Positions 14,201-27,739 of a stretch of DNA of 40,249 bases are shown one piece after another. Both the position numbers and the translations under genes were made by a program. Under the pieces are notes generated by a model. It was not told where the DNA came from and did not search any database. It saw nothing but the letters and a program-made list of their open reading frames with translations. This DNA comes from Blastocystis sp. subtype 4 (lineage: Eukaryota): assembly GCF_000743755.1 (NCBI RefSeq), contig NW_014569479.1:1-40249 (forward strand). Direction: 5' to 3'. The stretch's first letter is position 1. Each line of letters opens with the position of its first letter.

Positions 14201-17200
14201 GAGTATTGTATCTCAGAATTCGACAGAAATCAACTCTTGCTCGATTCAAACTGTCAACGATGACTTTGTGAGTTGTCTTACAACAATCGGCTCTGGAACA
14301 GTCTATGTCACTCGATCATCCAAACAAAGCAATCAATTGAAATACACCATACAAGAGATGATCTTTTCAGTGGATGACTATGTTACAGAAATCGATGACT
14401 ATCTTCAGTATCCTTCTCTCTTCCACACTGTTGGAGGCGATGTGTTTGAGGTTTTTGGTCACAACATCCCTTCTTCATGTACAGTATCATTTGGATCTGA
14501 ACGTTGTCTGCTAAATCATATCAATTCCACACATATCAGTTGTCTTGTTCCTCCTGGAGAGGGAATTCACATTCCTGTTCGTATTCATTATCAACAGCAA
14601 ATCCTTCTTCAAGTCTTTGCCAGTTACTATGCTCCTGTAATTTCCATTGTGAATCCTTCCACTCTTCAATATGATACCGAAGTGATAACACTTGAAGGAA
14701 GTGATTTTGGTTTGAATCCAGTGGTTGATATTCGTGGAATTGCTTCTGGTGCAATCAACTGTACTTCAATGTCTCATTCTCATTCATGGATTCAATGTGA
14801 ACTGAGGAAGAGTGACCGCATTGGTTTAATTATTGCAGTGTCTGTGAATGGACAGATGAGTAATTCAGTTTCTATTCCAATAGCATCTCCTCGTATTGAC
14901 ACTATTTCAGTCTCAGATATCAATGGTTCCATTCTTGATGGAATACCTACAGGAGGTGAAGCTCGAGTTCATCTTCATGGAGAGAATCTTGATTCAGAGT
15001 CCACTCAGTGTCTGATGAATGGTATTCAATTGGTCATTCTTTTTCACAACAGTACAGATGTAATCTGCGTAACTGAAGAGTCATTCAATGATGAAGCTTC
15101 CTTCATGATCAATACAGGATTCTACACTACAAATACAGTCGTGTATCCTTATCTATCACCTGTAATCTTGACTATGACTCCTTCAATTGGAAGAACAAAT
15201 GGAGGAGAAAGGATTCTTCTGATAGGAGAGAACTTTGGTTGTTCTATGAACAAACATGTCAGTTATATGCGTATTCTCTTTGGAACAGAAATGATTCCTC
15301 ATTCATCGATTCTGTTCTGCAATCATACTCATATTCAGTTCATTCATCCTCCAGGTCAAGGATTAGCCATCCCAGTGACTATTGAACGCTTCAACCAAAC
15401 ATCTGCTTTCTCTTCAACTCCATTCTTTGACTACTTGGCTCCTCAGATCTCCTTCATTACTTCAGCATCAACATGGCCATCGAATCCTTCTGCATCCTTT
15501 GGTTCCGAATTACAGATTGAGCAATATGTGCTTACACTTCATGGAGACAACTTTGGTATAAAAGATACAGATGTGTTAGTCTCAGGAGAAGAATGTGCTC
15601 TCATTCAGCAGAATCATACGATGATTCGATGTATATCACCACTCTTCTTTGGAGGATCTCATGATGTACAGATACTGGTTTCAACCCAAAAGAGTAATGT
15701 GGTGTCTGTTGAATTCCCTCTCATCCAAATCACTTCAGCTAATCCTCTCACAGTCGAATCAGTGGGTGCATCCATCCATTTCTATGGTCTTCATATTCCT
15801 CCAGCAACAAGAATTTCCATGTCCCTCTTAGTCGGATCTGTAAATGTGACAGATTGCCACATCTCCTTATCCTCCTTTTCAGCAGATCATTTCATTGAGT
15901 GTCATCTTCCTATTCTGCCCCGTGGTCAGTGGCCACTAACTCTAACTGTTGGCTCAATGAATGTGCCTATCCCTCTACTCTATTCAATGCTCACAGTTGT
16001 TTGTCCATCCAATTATTATGCTTCTACTGGTGACTACTGTAGTTTGTGTCCATCAGATTCTCTCTGTCCAGCAAATTCCACAACACCTATTGCTCCTCCT
16101 GGTTCATGGGTAACCATTAGTACCGATGGATCGAAGAAACCATCTGTTGATATATGTTTCAATCCTAAAGCCTGTCTAGGAGGCAATCAATGTCAGGAAG
16201 GTTACACTTCCAACAAGTGTTCTCAATGTAAGACTCATTACACTCGTTATGGTACTTGGACATGTAAGAAGTGTCCAATCGGTATCTCTAGAGTCTTCCC
16301 TCTCATTCTGTGGGTGATAGTATGTTTCATGCTCTTCTTGGCTAGTATTAGTCGTTATTCCACTCATTTCATCTGGTATGCTGTTCTCATTGATGTTTTC
16401 CAACTGTTGGGATTGTTGTCTATATTCCGAGATCAATTCTCTTCTCTTCTATCTCCTCTTCTTGATTTCTTCAGTATGTTTATTCTTGATATGGATATGT
16501 TCAAACTGGACTGTGTCTTTGTGTCTATGAATGAGTCAGTGGTGTGGATCATCTCTCTTACAACTCTTTTCCTCTGTTGTGTGATTACTGTGGTTGTTCA
16601 ATGGATCACTCAGTATCGAAGAAAGAAGCATCTGACTTCAACAGACTTTGGTAACTCTATTACCCAACTCACCCAACTTCTTTATGTGTTGATTCTCCCC
16701 ATTCTATTTCATTCTCTACAATCTCTCTCTTGTAATAACAAGTACTACATGGCCCATAAGTCAATTCAATTCTCTGGTTTGAAGGTTTGCTATTCTTATT
16801 CTGATTACTGGTGGATCCTTATTACTTCATCAATCATTCTCCTTCTTGTTTTTGGTTTCCTTACTCTTTCGGCTCATTTTGCTCAACAAGAGATTTCCTT
16901 CTTTGCATCCTTCCATGGAGTATTAACACAGACTCTGATCGATTCACTTGATGATTCATTCCGACCTTCCATGAGGTTCTTAGGTCATTTATTCAAGAAT
17001 GAGTCTCTATGGTCCATCTTCATTGTATTTATCATCAAGATTGTGCTTGTAGTTATGCTTGTACTCTTCCGTGAGGAACCTCACATGCAATCAGTCTTGA
17101 TTCTCTCAATGATTGTAGTTCTGGTCCTTTATCTCCTTCTCAGACCTCCATTCAAGATTCATCATCAGTATATCACTTCTGTATTCACTCGAACCACTCT

Positions 17201-17900
17201 TAATCCACTATCAGTATCCAAGGAAAAGGATTCGTGTTTTGTCAAGTCATTGATGTCAAGGAAACGGTTCCCTTTCGATGTAAACAATCTGCTTGTGATG
17301 GGTCTTCTCCTATTTGCTATACTCTTTGCCGATATCTCCCTCTCTCCTTCTGTTTATAGTTCCTTCACTCCCGTATCATCATCTTCATGGAGAGTGGTAT
17401 GTGATATAGTGATTGTAGTTCTGTTATGTGTTTTTATGCTATGTGATATTGCCTCTGGGTGTGGTGAGATTCTTTCTAAGATCCGAAAGTCCCCTATTGC
17501 CTTCTTCGACATCATTCAAGCTGAAAAATCGGTTCTAGTAGATGAAACTGTAGTTGTGAATGCAGTACTACTCAATTCAGAAGAGAGAGTACTCAAAGAT
17601 GATTATCTCAACCGTCTTCACTCATGCATAACTCACAACCTTCCAGTATCTGCAATACAAGCACAGGAGAATACTGTATCTCTTGATCATAATGTGAGAG
17701 ATTTGTTCCGATTGTCATATGCCGAGATACTGTTGAATGGTGATGTCCAACACATACTACAGAACGAAGGAGACGAAGCAAATCTTGAGATGAGTCAAGA
17801 AGAAGTTAGCAGTAAAGACGAGGAAATGAATCCAGATATGCTGAACGAGATTATCACTGTATTCCAGAAACGATTAGAAGAAAAGGATAAGAGTCTGTAG
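2227..17900 (+). CDS. Giant (~5,100 aa) multipass surface protein: signal peptide, Cys-rich (CPxGxYC) repeats, ~20 cadherin repeats, ~12 IPT/TIG repeats, Cys-rich linker, ~9 TM region
   Basis: ATG 2227 opens MKKWFLLCLIVLHGVTSQ (signal peptide). Introns 2365-2396, 2452-2481, 2617-2647, 2732-2762, 2843-2872, 5356-5384, 6060-6088, 6250-6279, 6400-6439, 6536-6565 and 6713-6754 (probably also 5611-5640 and 7021-7050) join ORFs 2400, 2852, 5527, 6272, 6593 and 12210. Cadherin motifs LDYE, DxD, DVNEPP and AxDxGxP run from ~5700 to 12070. IPT-like GGxxIxxxGxNFG repeats run from ~12070 to 16000 and hydrophobic helices from ~16290 to 17460. Continuity across the N gaps is inferred, because the gap lengths as given do not preserve frame. 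Confidence 0.75.
3804..4309 (+). repeat. Recent intragenic direct duplication (3804-4021 and 4110-4309)
   Basis: Two near-identical copies encode GFYCDNG(I/M)KNECGLNKYCPIGSSSPKEVPEGYI...QKSELMNCTAGYYCSGGSMIDCGIGFYCPAGS. The second copy has an 18-nt in-frame deletion. Confidence 0.95.
6286..6303. other. Assembly gap (18 N)
   Basis: Run of N inside the giant gene. Confidence 1.
6400..6439 (+). other. U12-type intron, AT-AG termini, 40 nt
   Basis: 5' ATATCCTTT, branch-like TTCCTTCAC, 3' TTCAG. Removal restores the frame and the cadherin linker V-R-D|M-N-E-P-P. Confidence 0.75.
6713..6754 (+). other. U12-type intron, AT-AC termini, 42 nt (in frame, hidden in ORF)
   Basis: 5' ATATCCTTT, branch CCTTAAC, 3' CAC. 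Removal gives the cadherin motif VTVCD|SGIP. Confidence 0.85.
12222..12266. other. Assembly gap (45 N)
   Basis: Run of N within the first IPT-like repeat. The coding frame changes across it. Confidence 1.
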
Positions 17901-17917
17901 GATAGCTAATGTAGAAA

Positions 17918-17925
17918 TGTTTGTT
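17918..17925 (+). terminator. TGTTTGTT polyadenylation element of the giant gene
   Basis: Exact motif 17 nt after TAG 17900. Confidence 0.7.
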
Positions 17926-17947
17926 GGAAGAAATGATTTGTCATTTA

Positions 17948-19201
17948 ATGTCATTGTCTACTGATATTCTATTTGCTAAAAGGGTTTATTTCGAGACTAG
18001 TTTCATAATTCCAGAAACTATTTCAAAAGAGTCTCTTCAGACTGCGATTAACCAATTAGTGAAGGAACGTTTTGAAATCTTCTTATATGTTATTGATGAG
18101 CATACTCTGTCAATCGATAAAGAGAAACGAAGAACAGAAGTTGAATTGGAGTCAATAACCGGAGCAACAATTCAAACTATTCATGAAGCTATTCTGAAGG
18201 AATGTAAGGCAGATACAACAAATGCGTTTCGTTTCTTCTTTGCTGAGGATGAAAAACAGACTCACTTCTTAGTAATTCATGCTCATCATGGTGTTGCTGA
18301 TGGCTTTATGATAACGTCTTTTGTTCGTGGTTTGTATTCACTTATCAATGCTGTTCCCAGTTCTGACACTTTTATCTTCTCACATATCAACCCCCTGGAA
18401 CAACTTAATTTTCCTGCTCAATGGAATTCGAATAGTAGCGAATCTGTTCGTCATCAAGCTGAAGATATTATGAAACGGATTTCTCCCGCAGAGGTATATC
18501 CACTTCGAATTCCTGATTCTGCTGTATATATGATTAATATAGAACGAATCGTGTCAAAGGATGTTTCCAAGAGAGCTGTAATATTTGCAAAGAATTGTGG
18601 CGAAATAGCAAAAGAGAATGGTTGTATTCATGGAATGCTGTTGTATGCCTATTTGCGAGCTGTAATGAAAGTGGATGCATTGACCCCTCCTGGATCGATG
18701 AGTATCAATACAGTTGTAAATATGAGACGTTACTACAAGATGCAAGGTTATTTCATGTTGATTGGATGATATGTAGAGAATGTTCTTCCAGATGCCTTTT
18801 TTGGTTCATTTCCAATTTCTGTATCTTCAAGTGGTCTTCTTTCCCATGAGGAGAATCCAGCAACGATTCAACATCTAGTTACAAAGAATCTGGCTGAAGG
18901 CCTGCCATTAGCCATGATGCTGGGTGACCCTTCTTGTATTCAGAACAGGAACTCAAAAGATCAACTCTTTATGGAATTGTCGAATTTAGGAGTACATCCT
19001 AAGGACTGCTTTACACGTCGATTAATTACCCAGACAATGTATTGTGGAGACGTGGATACCATTTCTGTGGTAGTTTGGATGGATGTGGATGGTCGTTTCC
19101 ATTTGTGTGGAGCAACTTCTTCTTTATGTATGACTAGGGAGAGAATGACAAAGTTAATGGATGAGTTCGTTCATGAAATCTTTGAATTGGGCGTTGTTTA
19201 A
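17948..19201 (+). CDS. CoA-dependent acyltransferase, condensation-domain / alcohol acetyltransferase-like (HHxxxDG)
   Basis: Motifs FLVIHAHHGVADGF, VNMRRY and LSNLG. A 30-nt GT-AG intron at 18747-18776 joins ORF 17921 to ORF 18914. TGTTTGTT at 19210-19217. Start is uncertain (17933 or 17948). Confidence 0.75.
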
Positions 19202-19250
19202 TGTTTGAGTGTTTGTTTCGCACTATTCTTTTTCTCGGTACGAATATTCT

Positions 19251-21735
<2,485 letters not shown>

Positions 21736-21757
21736 CATGTACAATAAACAGTGTTCA

Positions 21758-22443
21758 CTACTTTCGTTTCATATACCACACAAAGAATAATCCTAAGGAA
21801 ATGATAATAATACCTGTAAATACCAGACAGCGATCCCACCAACTTCGGTTCATAGCTTTATGGATCACATTTCCTGTTAGTCCTAGGGAGTTTGCCATAT
21901 CCAAAATCCGTCTCTGTGCTCTCTTAAGTACATTTCCTTGATCATACAGATTTCCAAGCGATAGTTTCCCCATTTCCAAATAATAGTCAGCCATTGTTGT
22001 AGATCTAGCGAGTGAATCATTCTCTTGGAGCAAAGCAGCTTCCACATCTAAATCCTTTTGCTATGAATCAGATGATCAGTACAGAAATACTTCATTCTTT
22101 CCTAATAATAATTCCGTTCGTTTCATCATATTGATCTTGTTGTTGGACAATCGAGAGAAATGATTCTTTAACTCATAGTATTCATCTGAAATCGATCGAA
22201 CTCGTCTACCAATGACAAACAGAAAAGATCTATGTACCTTTGCCACACAAGTTTCTGATCCGAGCGATCCGCTTTTACTTTAGTTGTTATATCCTTCAGT
22301 TGATTTAAAATACTCCGTAACCGTTCTTCAAATTCACGAAGTTGTTCCAATGTCGTTTCAGGACGATCTAGTTTCTCCAGATCCTTTTGTGCGCCAAGAA
22401 TAGCGATTTGAATAGCATTAAATAGTTCTGGGACAGAAGACAT
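21758..22443 (-). CDS. Qb-SNARE, membrin/Bos1 (GOSR2)-like
   Basis: N-terminal helical bundle; SNARE motif ENDSLARS...LGNLYDQGNVLKRAQRRILDMANSLGL; RSWWDR followed by a C-terminal TM. Two ~30-nt introns. Confidence 0.8.
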
Positions 22444-22586
22444 GAAAAATGAATAAAAGAATAAGGATGATTATTTAAATGCTTTGGATATAGATAATAT
22501 GTGGATTTGTTTGCAAAAGAGAAAAAGTCATGTGATGCTGATGTCAATAAGATCGATCCAGTAACTAAGATCTAGAGTTTAGAGAT

Positions 22587-23208
22587 GTGTGTAATGCTGT
22601 TTTGAAGAGGAAAGTAGTATCCATAATCACATTCCGAGAAAAGGGAAAGATGGGAGAAAGTATAGTTCCATGGGATGGGATGATTGAAGATCCGAAGTTT
22701 ATGCATGAACTTGAACATGCAGGCAATGGAATGTTTTTGATAAAAGGGACCTTCTCTGCACAGTCTTATAGTTGTATTATTGATACAAGAAACGATACAT
22801 GGTTTAGTCTTGATACGGTACAGGTACAACAAGGGGCTGACCCTATTGATTCATTAAATTCATCTGGAAATCAGAGTCAAGATGAAGCAGTTTCTCGTCA
22901 AGTTCAATCTCCACCATCTGCTTTGTCATTTCAAAGTGCGCAAAATATACCAATTCTTCCTTCATATATTGATCGTGAGGGAGTTGATGAAAAGAGTGTA
23001 ATTGGGAGTGAGTGAGTGCTTCTATTGTAGAATGACTTATAGAGATCTCCAAACGGAACGAGATATTTCTGGTTTACGAGAGAAATTGAATCAGATCATT
23101 GATAGTCACAATTTGATATCAGAAGAGATTGAACAGTTAACTAGTGAAGTAGGGGAAGCTAAGGATGATTAGGTTTAGAAGATGATTGAAAGAGTTGAAA
23201 AGGTGTAA
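22587..23208 (+). CDS. Hypothetical protein with C-terminal coiled coil (5' end unresolved)
   Basis: 142-aa ORF continued through ~30-nt introns to ...KMIERVEKV-TAA(23206-23208), followed by a TGTTTGAA element. Confidence 0.5.
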
Positions 23209-23210
23209 TC

Positions 23211-23225
23211 TGTTTGAAACAAACA
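23211..23225. terminator. Overlapping bidirectional polyadenylation elements TGTTTGAAACAAACA
   Basis: TGTTTGAA on the plus strand and TGTTTGTT on the minus strand (23225-23218), lying between convergent stops at 23208 and 23231. Confidence 0.65.
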
Positions 23226-23230
23226 TGAGT

Positions 23231-24856
23231 TTAATACACACAACAGCAGTCACCAGATAGGTCTTGTTTCGTTTCTACAGTCTTCACCTCTACAGCAGTC
23301 CTATTGTCCTCTTTCGAGAGAGATACCGGATTCTCCATAATTCTCTTTTCTTCTACAACAACCTTCTCTTCGGGTTCTACATTCTCAGGTTCTTCATGCA
23401 ACGTTTTATGTTCATTCTCCTCAGAGATTTCTTCCAGAGCTGACGCAACCTCCTTAGGAGGAAGAGGATTCTACATGAAATACTACGGCTATTTCAAACA
23501 CTAATTCGAAGAGACAACGCATGACGAATCTCCTGATTAGATATATTTTCTCGTGAAATACTAGGTGATGTAATCGAATTAGCATCCGGAATATACGACT
23601 GGAGCCATGGATGAGCCTAGGATGAAACAAAGCATTCACAAATACAAGAATCTCATCGATGGAGATTCGCTTAGTGGGATCTTTCTCCAAGAAACGATGT
23701 AACAAATCCATAGAATAAAGGAATCAAATATAAGCAAACCAAAGGATATTGTAATTCAGGAGAGAGATTTGTGGGTATCACAATTTCCTTTTCAGTTAAA
23801 TCATCCATAAAGGCAATATAGTCTGGATTAAACAAAGGAAGACGTCCCACGACCATTGCAAAGAGAGTGACGCCTAAAGCCCAAATCTAGGTCTCATAAT
23901 CTCCAAGACTCTACATCAGCAGCAAAAGTATTATACGGTTCATCATTACAACACTCAGGAGGATAAAAATAGGTTGTTCCTGCAGTATTTGTCATAAGTC
24001 CGGTATTGGTACGAGTGAGAAGATTGAGAGGTCGACTTGATACAGGAAGAGCGGTGGCTAGAGTAAATAATAGCAAGTTAGACTACGCTCTTTCCCGTTT
24101 GAACTCCCTTCTTCCGAATTAAATGTGTCAAAGATATGAGCTACACCAAAATCGACAATGTAGTAGTTAAGGACTATCAAATGTATAAAATTGGATATTT
24201 TGCAATGATCATCTTTAGAAATAAGGATGTTTTCTGGTTTGATGTCGCGATGAACAACCTTGTGAATATGAACTAGAGATGAAGAAGTTTGATCAATACA
24301 ACGGTATTGAAGACCAGACACAATATCATAGAGATACTTCTTTGCCATAGCTTCAGTAAGAACACCATCTACAAGTGATAAGAGTGAAACAAAAAAACGA
24401 GTAATCCGGTTCGAAAATGTATGTGTCAAAGGATCATAGTACATGATCTGTCCATTCTCTACATACTCGATGACCATGTAAATTCTTAGGTTAATGTGAC
24501 TTAAAAGATATACTGATCCTGTTCTTCATCGTCCACAACATCAATTAATTGGACCAAGTTCGGATGACGCAAACGCTTCATCAAAGCAATTTCTCGCTCC
24601 ACCTTTTCAAGAGCAGTAGAGACGACTACAGAATCATTAGTCTGATTCCATGTTTTCTGCATCTTCAAGAAAGATCGAGAGAAAACCTTCACTGCCTAAA
24701 AAAGAATAACAAAATTCAGGTCAATACAAAGATATCATGATTTCCATTCATTATTCGCTCGCACTTGTAAACCTTGCTAAACCCACCCTCTCCTAACTTC
24801 TCTAGGATCTTGTATTCACAAGGGATTCCATCAAGTTCACTATGGACAATATCCAT
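23231..24856 (-). CDS. Ser/Thr protein kinase, CaMKK/GRIK/Sak1-like
   Basis: Spliced product has LGEGGFSKV, AVKVF, VEREIALMKRLRHPNLVQLIDV, YLHIHKVVHRDIKPENIL, KIVDFG, TAGTTYFYPPECC, ADIWALGVTL and LEKDPTKRISIDEILAHPWL, and ends ...SGDCCCVY*. It contains several GT-AG introns plus two U12 introns. Confidence 0.88.
23710..23749 (-). other. U12-type intron, AT-AT termini, 40 nt
   Basis: 5' ATATCCTTT, branch-like TTCCTTTAT, ends TTCTAT. Required to link SPELQ to DLLHRFLEKDP; no AG acceptor is available. Confidence 0.7.
24160..24198 (-). other. U12-type intron, AT-AC termini, 39 nt (in frame)
   Basis: 5' ATATCCAAT, perfect branch site TCCTTAAC, 3' TAC. Removal converts CK-ISNFIHLIVLNYY-IVDFG into canonical CKIVDFG. 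Confidence 0.9.
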
Positions 24857-25100
24857 TATAAAAAGGAATAGAATGCGATGATCTCACTGGGTTTTCGATG
24901 TCACAGCAATCCTTCTTGGACTCAATTAATTGTAACAAACAAACACAATCATTCCAACTGCATGAAAAACTCGAATAGCAGGATTGATTCTGTGCTGAAT
25001 CAATAGACTTCTTTCCCACCCGAAAACATGGAATGCGATAAAATAAAAATCCGTTTCACGCAAACCCATTTCAGTTTGCCAACAAACACTCACATAAGTC

Positions 25101-26499
25101 TTAACTACGAGAGAGAGATGACTTGCGAATATAATAGACATATTTCTGGTTGTGGCGCAATGTTAACGTAGTGAGACTAAGAGTATATGCTCCAGCACGC
25201 TTGAAAAGAATACGGTCTCCAACGTTCATTGAAGGAAGCATAATATCCTTCGCTATTACATCAATGTCACGATTGCTAGGTCCAATAATACAGGACAAAT
25301 ACATCTTCCTATCGGCACCATCCTCTAGAAGAGGCGAAGGAGGATAATCCATACTACAGAGAATCTTATCCTTAAAGACTCCCATCACACCCTCATTGAT
25401 ACGATACACACGTATATCACCCTTGGATGAAACATGTTCAATAGTACACAGAACAGTGATTGTCTGTTCATTAAAATAACGACCAGGTTCACTAATAATT
25501 TTCAGATCCTCCACTTCATCAAAGTGATACTTGGCAAGAGCATGGCAAATCACTTCATATGTCGATTGAAGAGACTCATTCACATGTTCCTTACCTCCAA
25601 GGGTACCAGACCAACCACCACCCAAATCAAGAAGATTCATACGGTATCCATAGTTCTTTGCAAGTTCAAACACACGACGAGCATTGCAAATAGCTTTCTC
25701 ATACGCCATTTCATCCTTGTTACCAGAGCCAACATGGAATGAAACACCTACAGCCGGCATATTACACTTCTTCATTGCCTGCAAAATACCCTCTACTTCA
25801 TCTAAGTGACATCCAAACTTGCTGCCAAGACTAACGATTGAATCATGATCATCTACCCAGAGACGAATCACAGTTCGACATTTTGAACAGTCATCTCCCA
25901 GAATGCGATACATCTTTTCGATCTCTTCGACGCAGTCCACAGTACTACACCATACCTTCTTCTCACGCATATACTCAATGGAATCATCCGACTACATTCA
26001 TATAGGATATCCATAGCTTACTTTAACTGGATTCGCATAAATAATGTGGTTAGGACTAATTCCCCTGCTCAAGCAGGCATTGATCTCGTCCTTCCCGGCA
26101 CAATCTACACAAATTCCTGGGAAAGTACTCATCAAATCCATCATTCCTGGAGAAGGATTACACTTCATGGCTACAAACTCAAATACTTATATCACTACTA
26201 CCATAAAAAGGCTGAACATTTTTAAAAATCTGAAACCATGTCTTGTATTGATCCAAAATGCTTGTACAATCATAAAAGCACAAACTCTCGGTAGACGAGC
26301 ACGTCTTCACATATTCCATCATCCACTTCTCTATAGGAATGTCGTCATCAATAACTATAGCATTCTTGAACAATTCGGCGAACTTGTCAAGAGTGGCATT
26401 CATCACCGTCTCCCTCTCAGCGGTGTCTGATAGTCCAGTATTCATGTGCATTCTAGTTACAATAATGAGAGAAACTTGTTCTTCTGGAAAAGCACTCAT
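25101..26499 (-). CDS. Ornithine decarboxylase-like (fold-type III PLP enzyme)
   Basis: Motifs PFYAMKCNP (PLP Lys), VDCA, IIYANPVK, SKFGC, GVSFHVGSG, LDLGGG, ISEPGRY and GAYT. Two ~30-nt introns near 26170-26200 and 25992-26021. TGTTTGTT on the minus strand at 25088-25081. Confidence 0.85.
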
Positions 26500-26672
26500 T
26501 CCGCGGGAATTTCGTAGTAACAGTTCTCGCTATTCACCTAAGAACTCCTAAAGCAATGAAACAAAATGAAGATGACAGCATTAACCCTGATACAACAAGC
26601 GAAAAAGAAACCTATAGGATGTGTACCAACCAAAGTGAATACAAAAAAACACAACGCTCATAACAGGTTAAC

Positions 26673-27141
26673 TCATTTACTCTGAACAGTACTCTGAGTA
26701 ATTATAGATGGCCATACATAACAAGAAACAGGAAACAATGGGGACGAATGAACAACAGAAGCCTTACATGTGTAACTAGATTCTGGTAACGTTACCGGGA
26801 TCCATTGTGCACAGGGTACAACAGATCGAATAATAAGTTGTAAAGATGCCACTGAAGGAGTGGTTCTTGGTTCTGGACAGCTAGGTACTTCAGGAGAAAC
26901 CTTAGCAACATGTGCTTCTTCTTTCACTTTTGTGGGTATGGGCTCAGTAGACCAAACTGAACGCAAACTCTCTACACACTCAACCAAATATATATGTCCT
27001 ACTATGGTATTTCACTTTCTTCTTACGTCGACAATGCAAGCATGTCTTATATACATGAAAAGAAGACCCGTCATCAAACAATCTTTCCGGAAGCAATTGT
27101 TTACATGAGCTGCATCTTCTTTCCGACATACATAAGTTCAT
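26673..27141 (-). CDS. Small hypothetical protein with N-terminal CxxC...CxxC zinc finger and basic patch
   Basis: MNLCMSERRCSSCKQLLPERLFDDGSSFHVYKTCLHCRRKKK. A 31-nt GT-AG intron (27002-26972) joins this to ORF 26673-26987. Confidence 0.55.
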
Positions 27142-27739
27142 AGTTTCGCTAAATGCCCAGTGGCTGCAATACTTCCGGATTCCGGGAAAATATGGGATGG
27201 AAAAATAAAGAGTAGTGATTTATAAGTACTAATTGTTTGCCATGATTCGTTTATTCCCGTATCATTTGTGTTGCTGCTAATTCTCCATGAAAACCACGAT
27301 TTCGCTACATGTAGGTCGGATCCATAAATAAGAGTTTGTTATATTATTTAGAAAGATCAACGATATTATATCAGTATTTGAATCATCATATGATTTCTAC
27401 CGACTAGATTCTGTTTTATACTTGTGGAACCAAGAATTCATTTATTCCAGTATACCATAACTTAAAGTATGTGAAAACCATGTCGAAATGGAGAACAGAA
27501 GCCAGTTTCTGTACGTTCAGTGATATGAGACTAATAATAACTCTCACACTATTCAACAATTGATGATAATAAACAAGTTACATCACGAAACATGTTCATA
27601 ATGGAAATAAGCTAAAAAAATAAAAAAGATGCAATGAATGTCCTAAAGATCAAAATCACAGTTTAAGTGAAAAAAAACCCTCCAGGTCACACATCACCGA
27701 CAGATCACTAAAGAAAGGTATAGCATCCCATTCAGAAGC

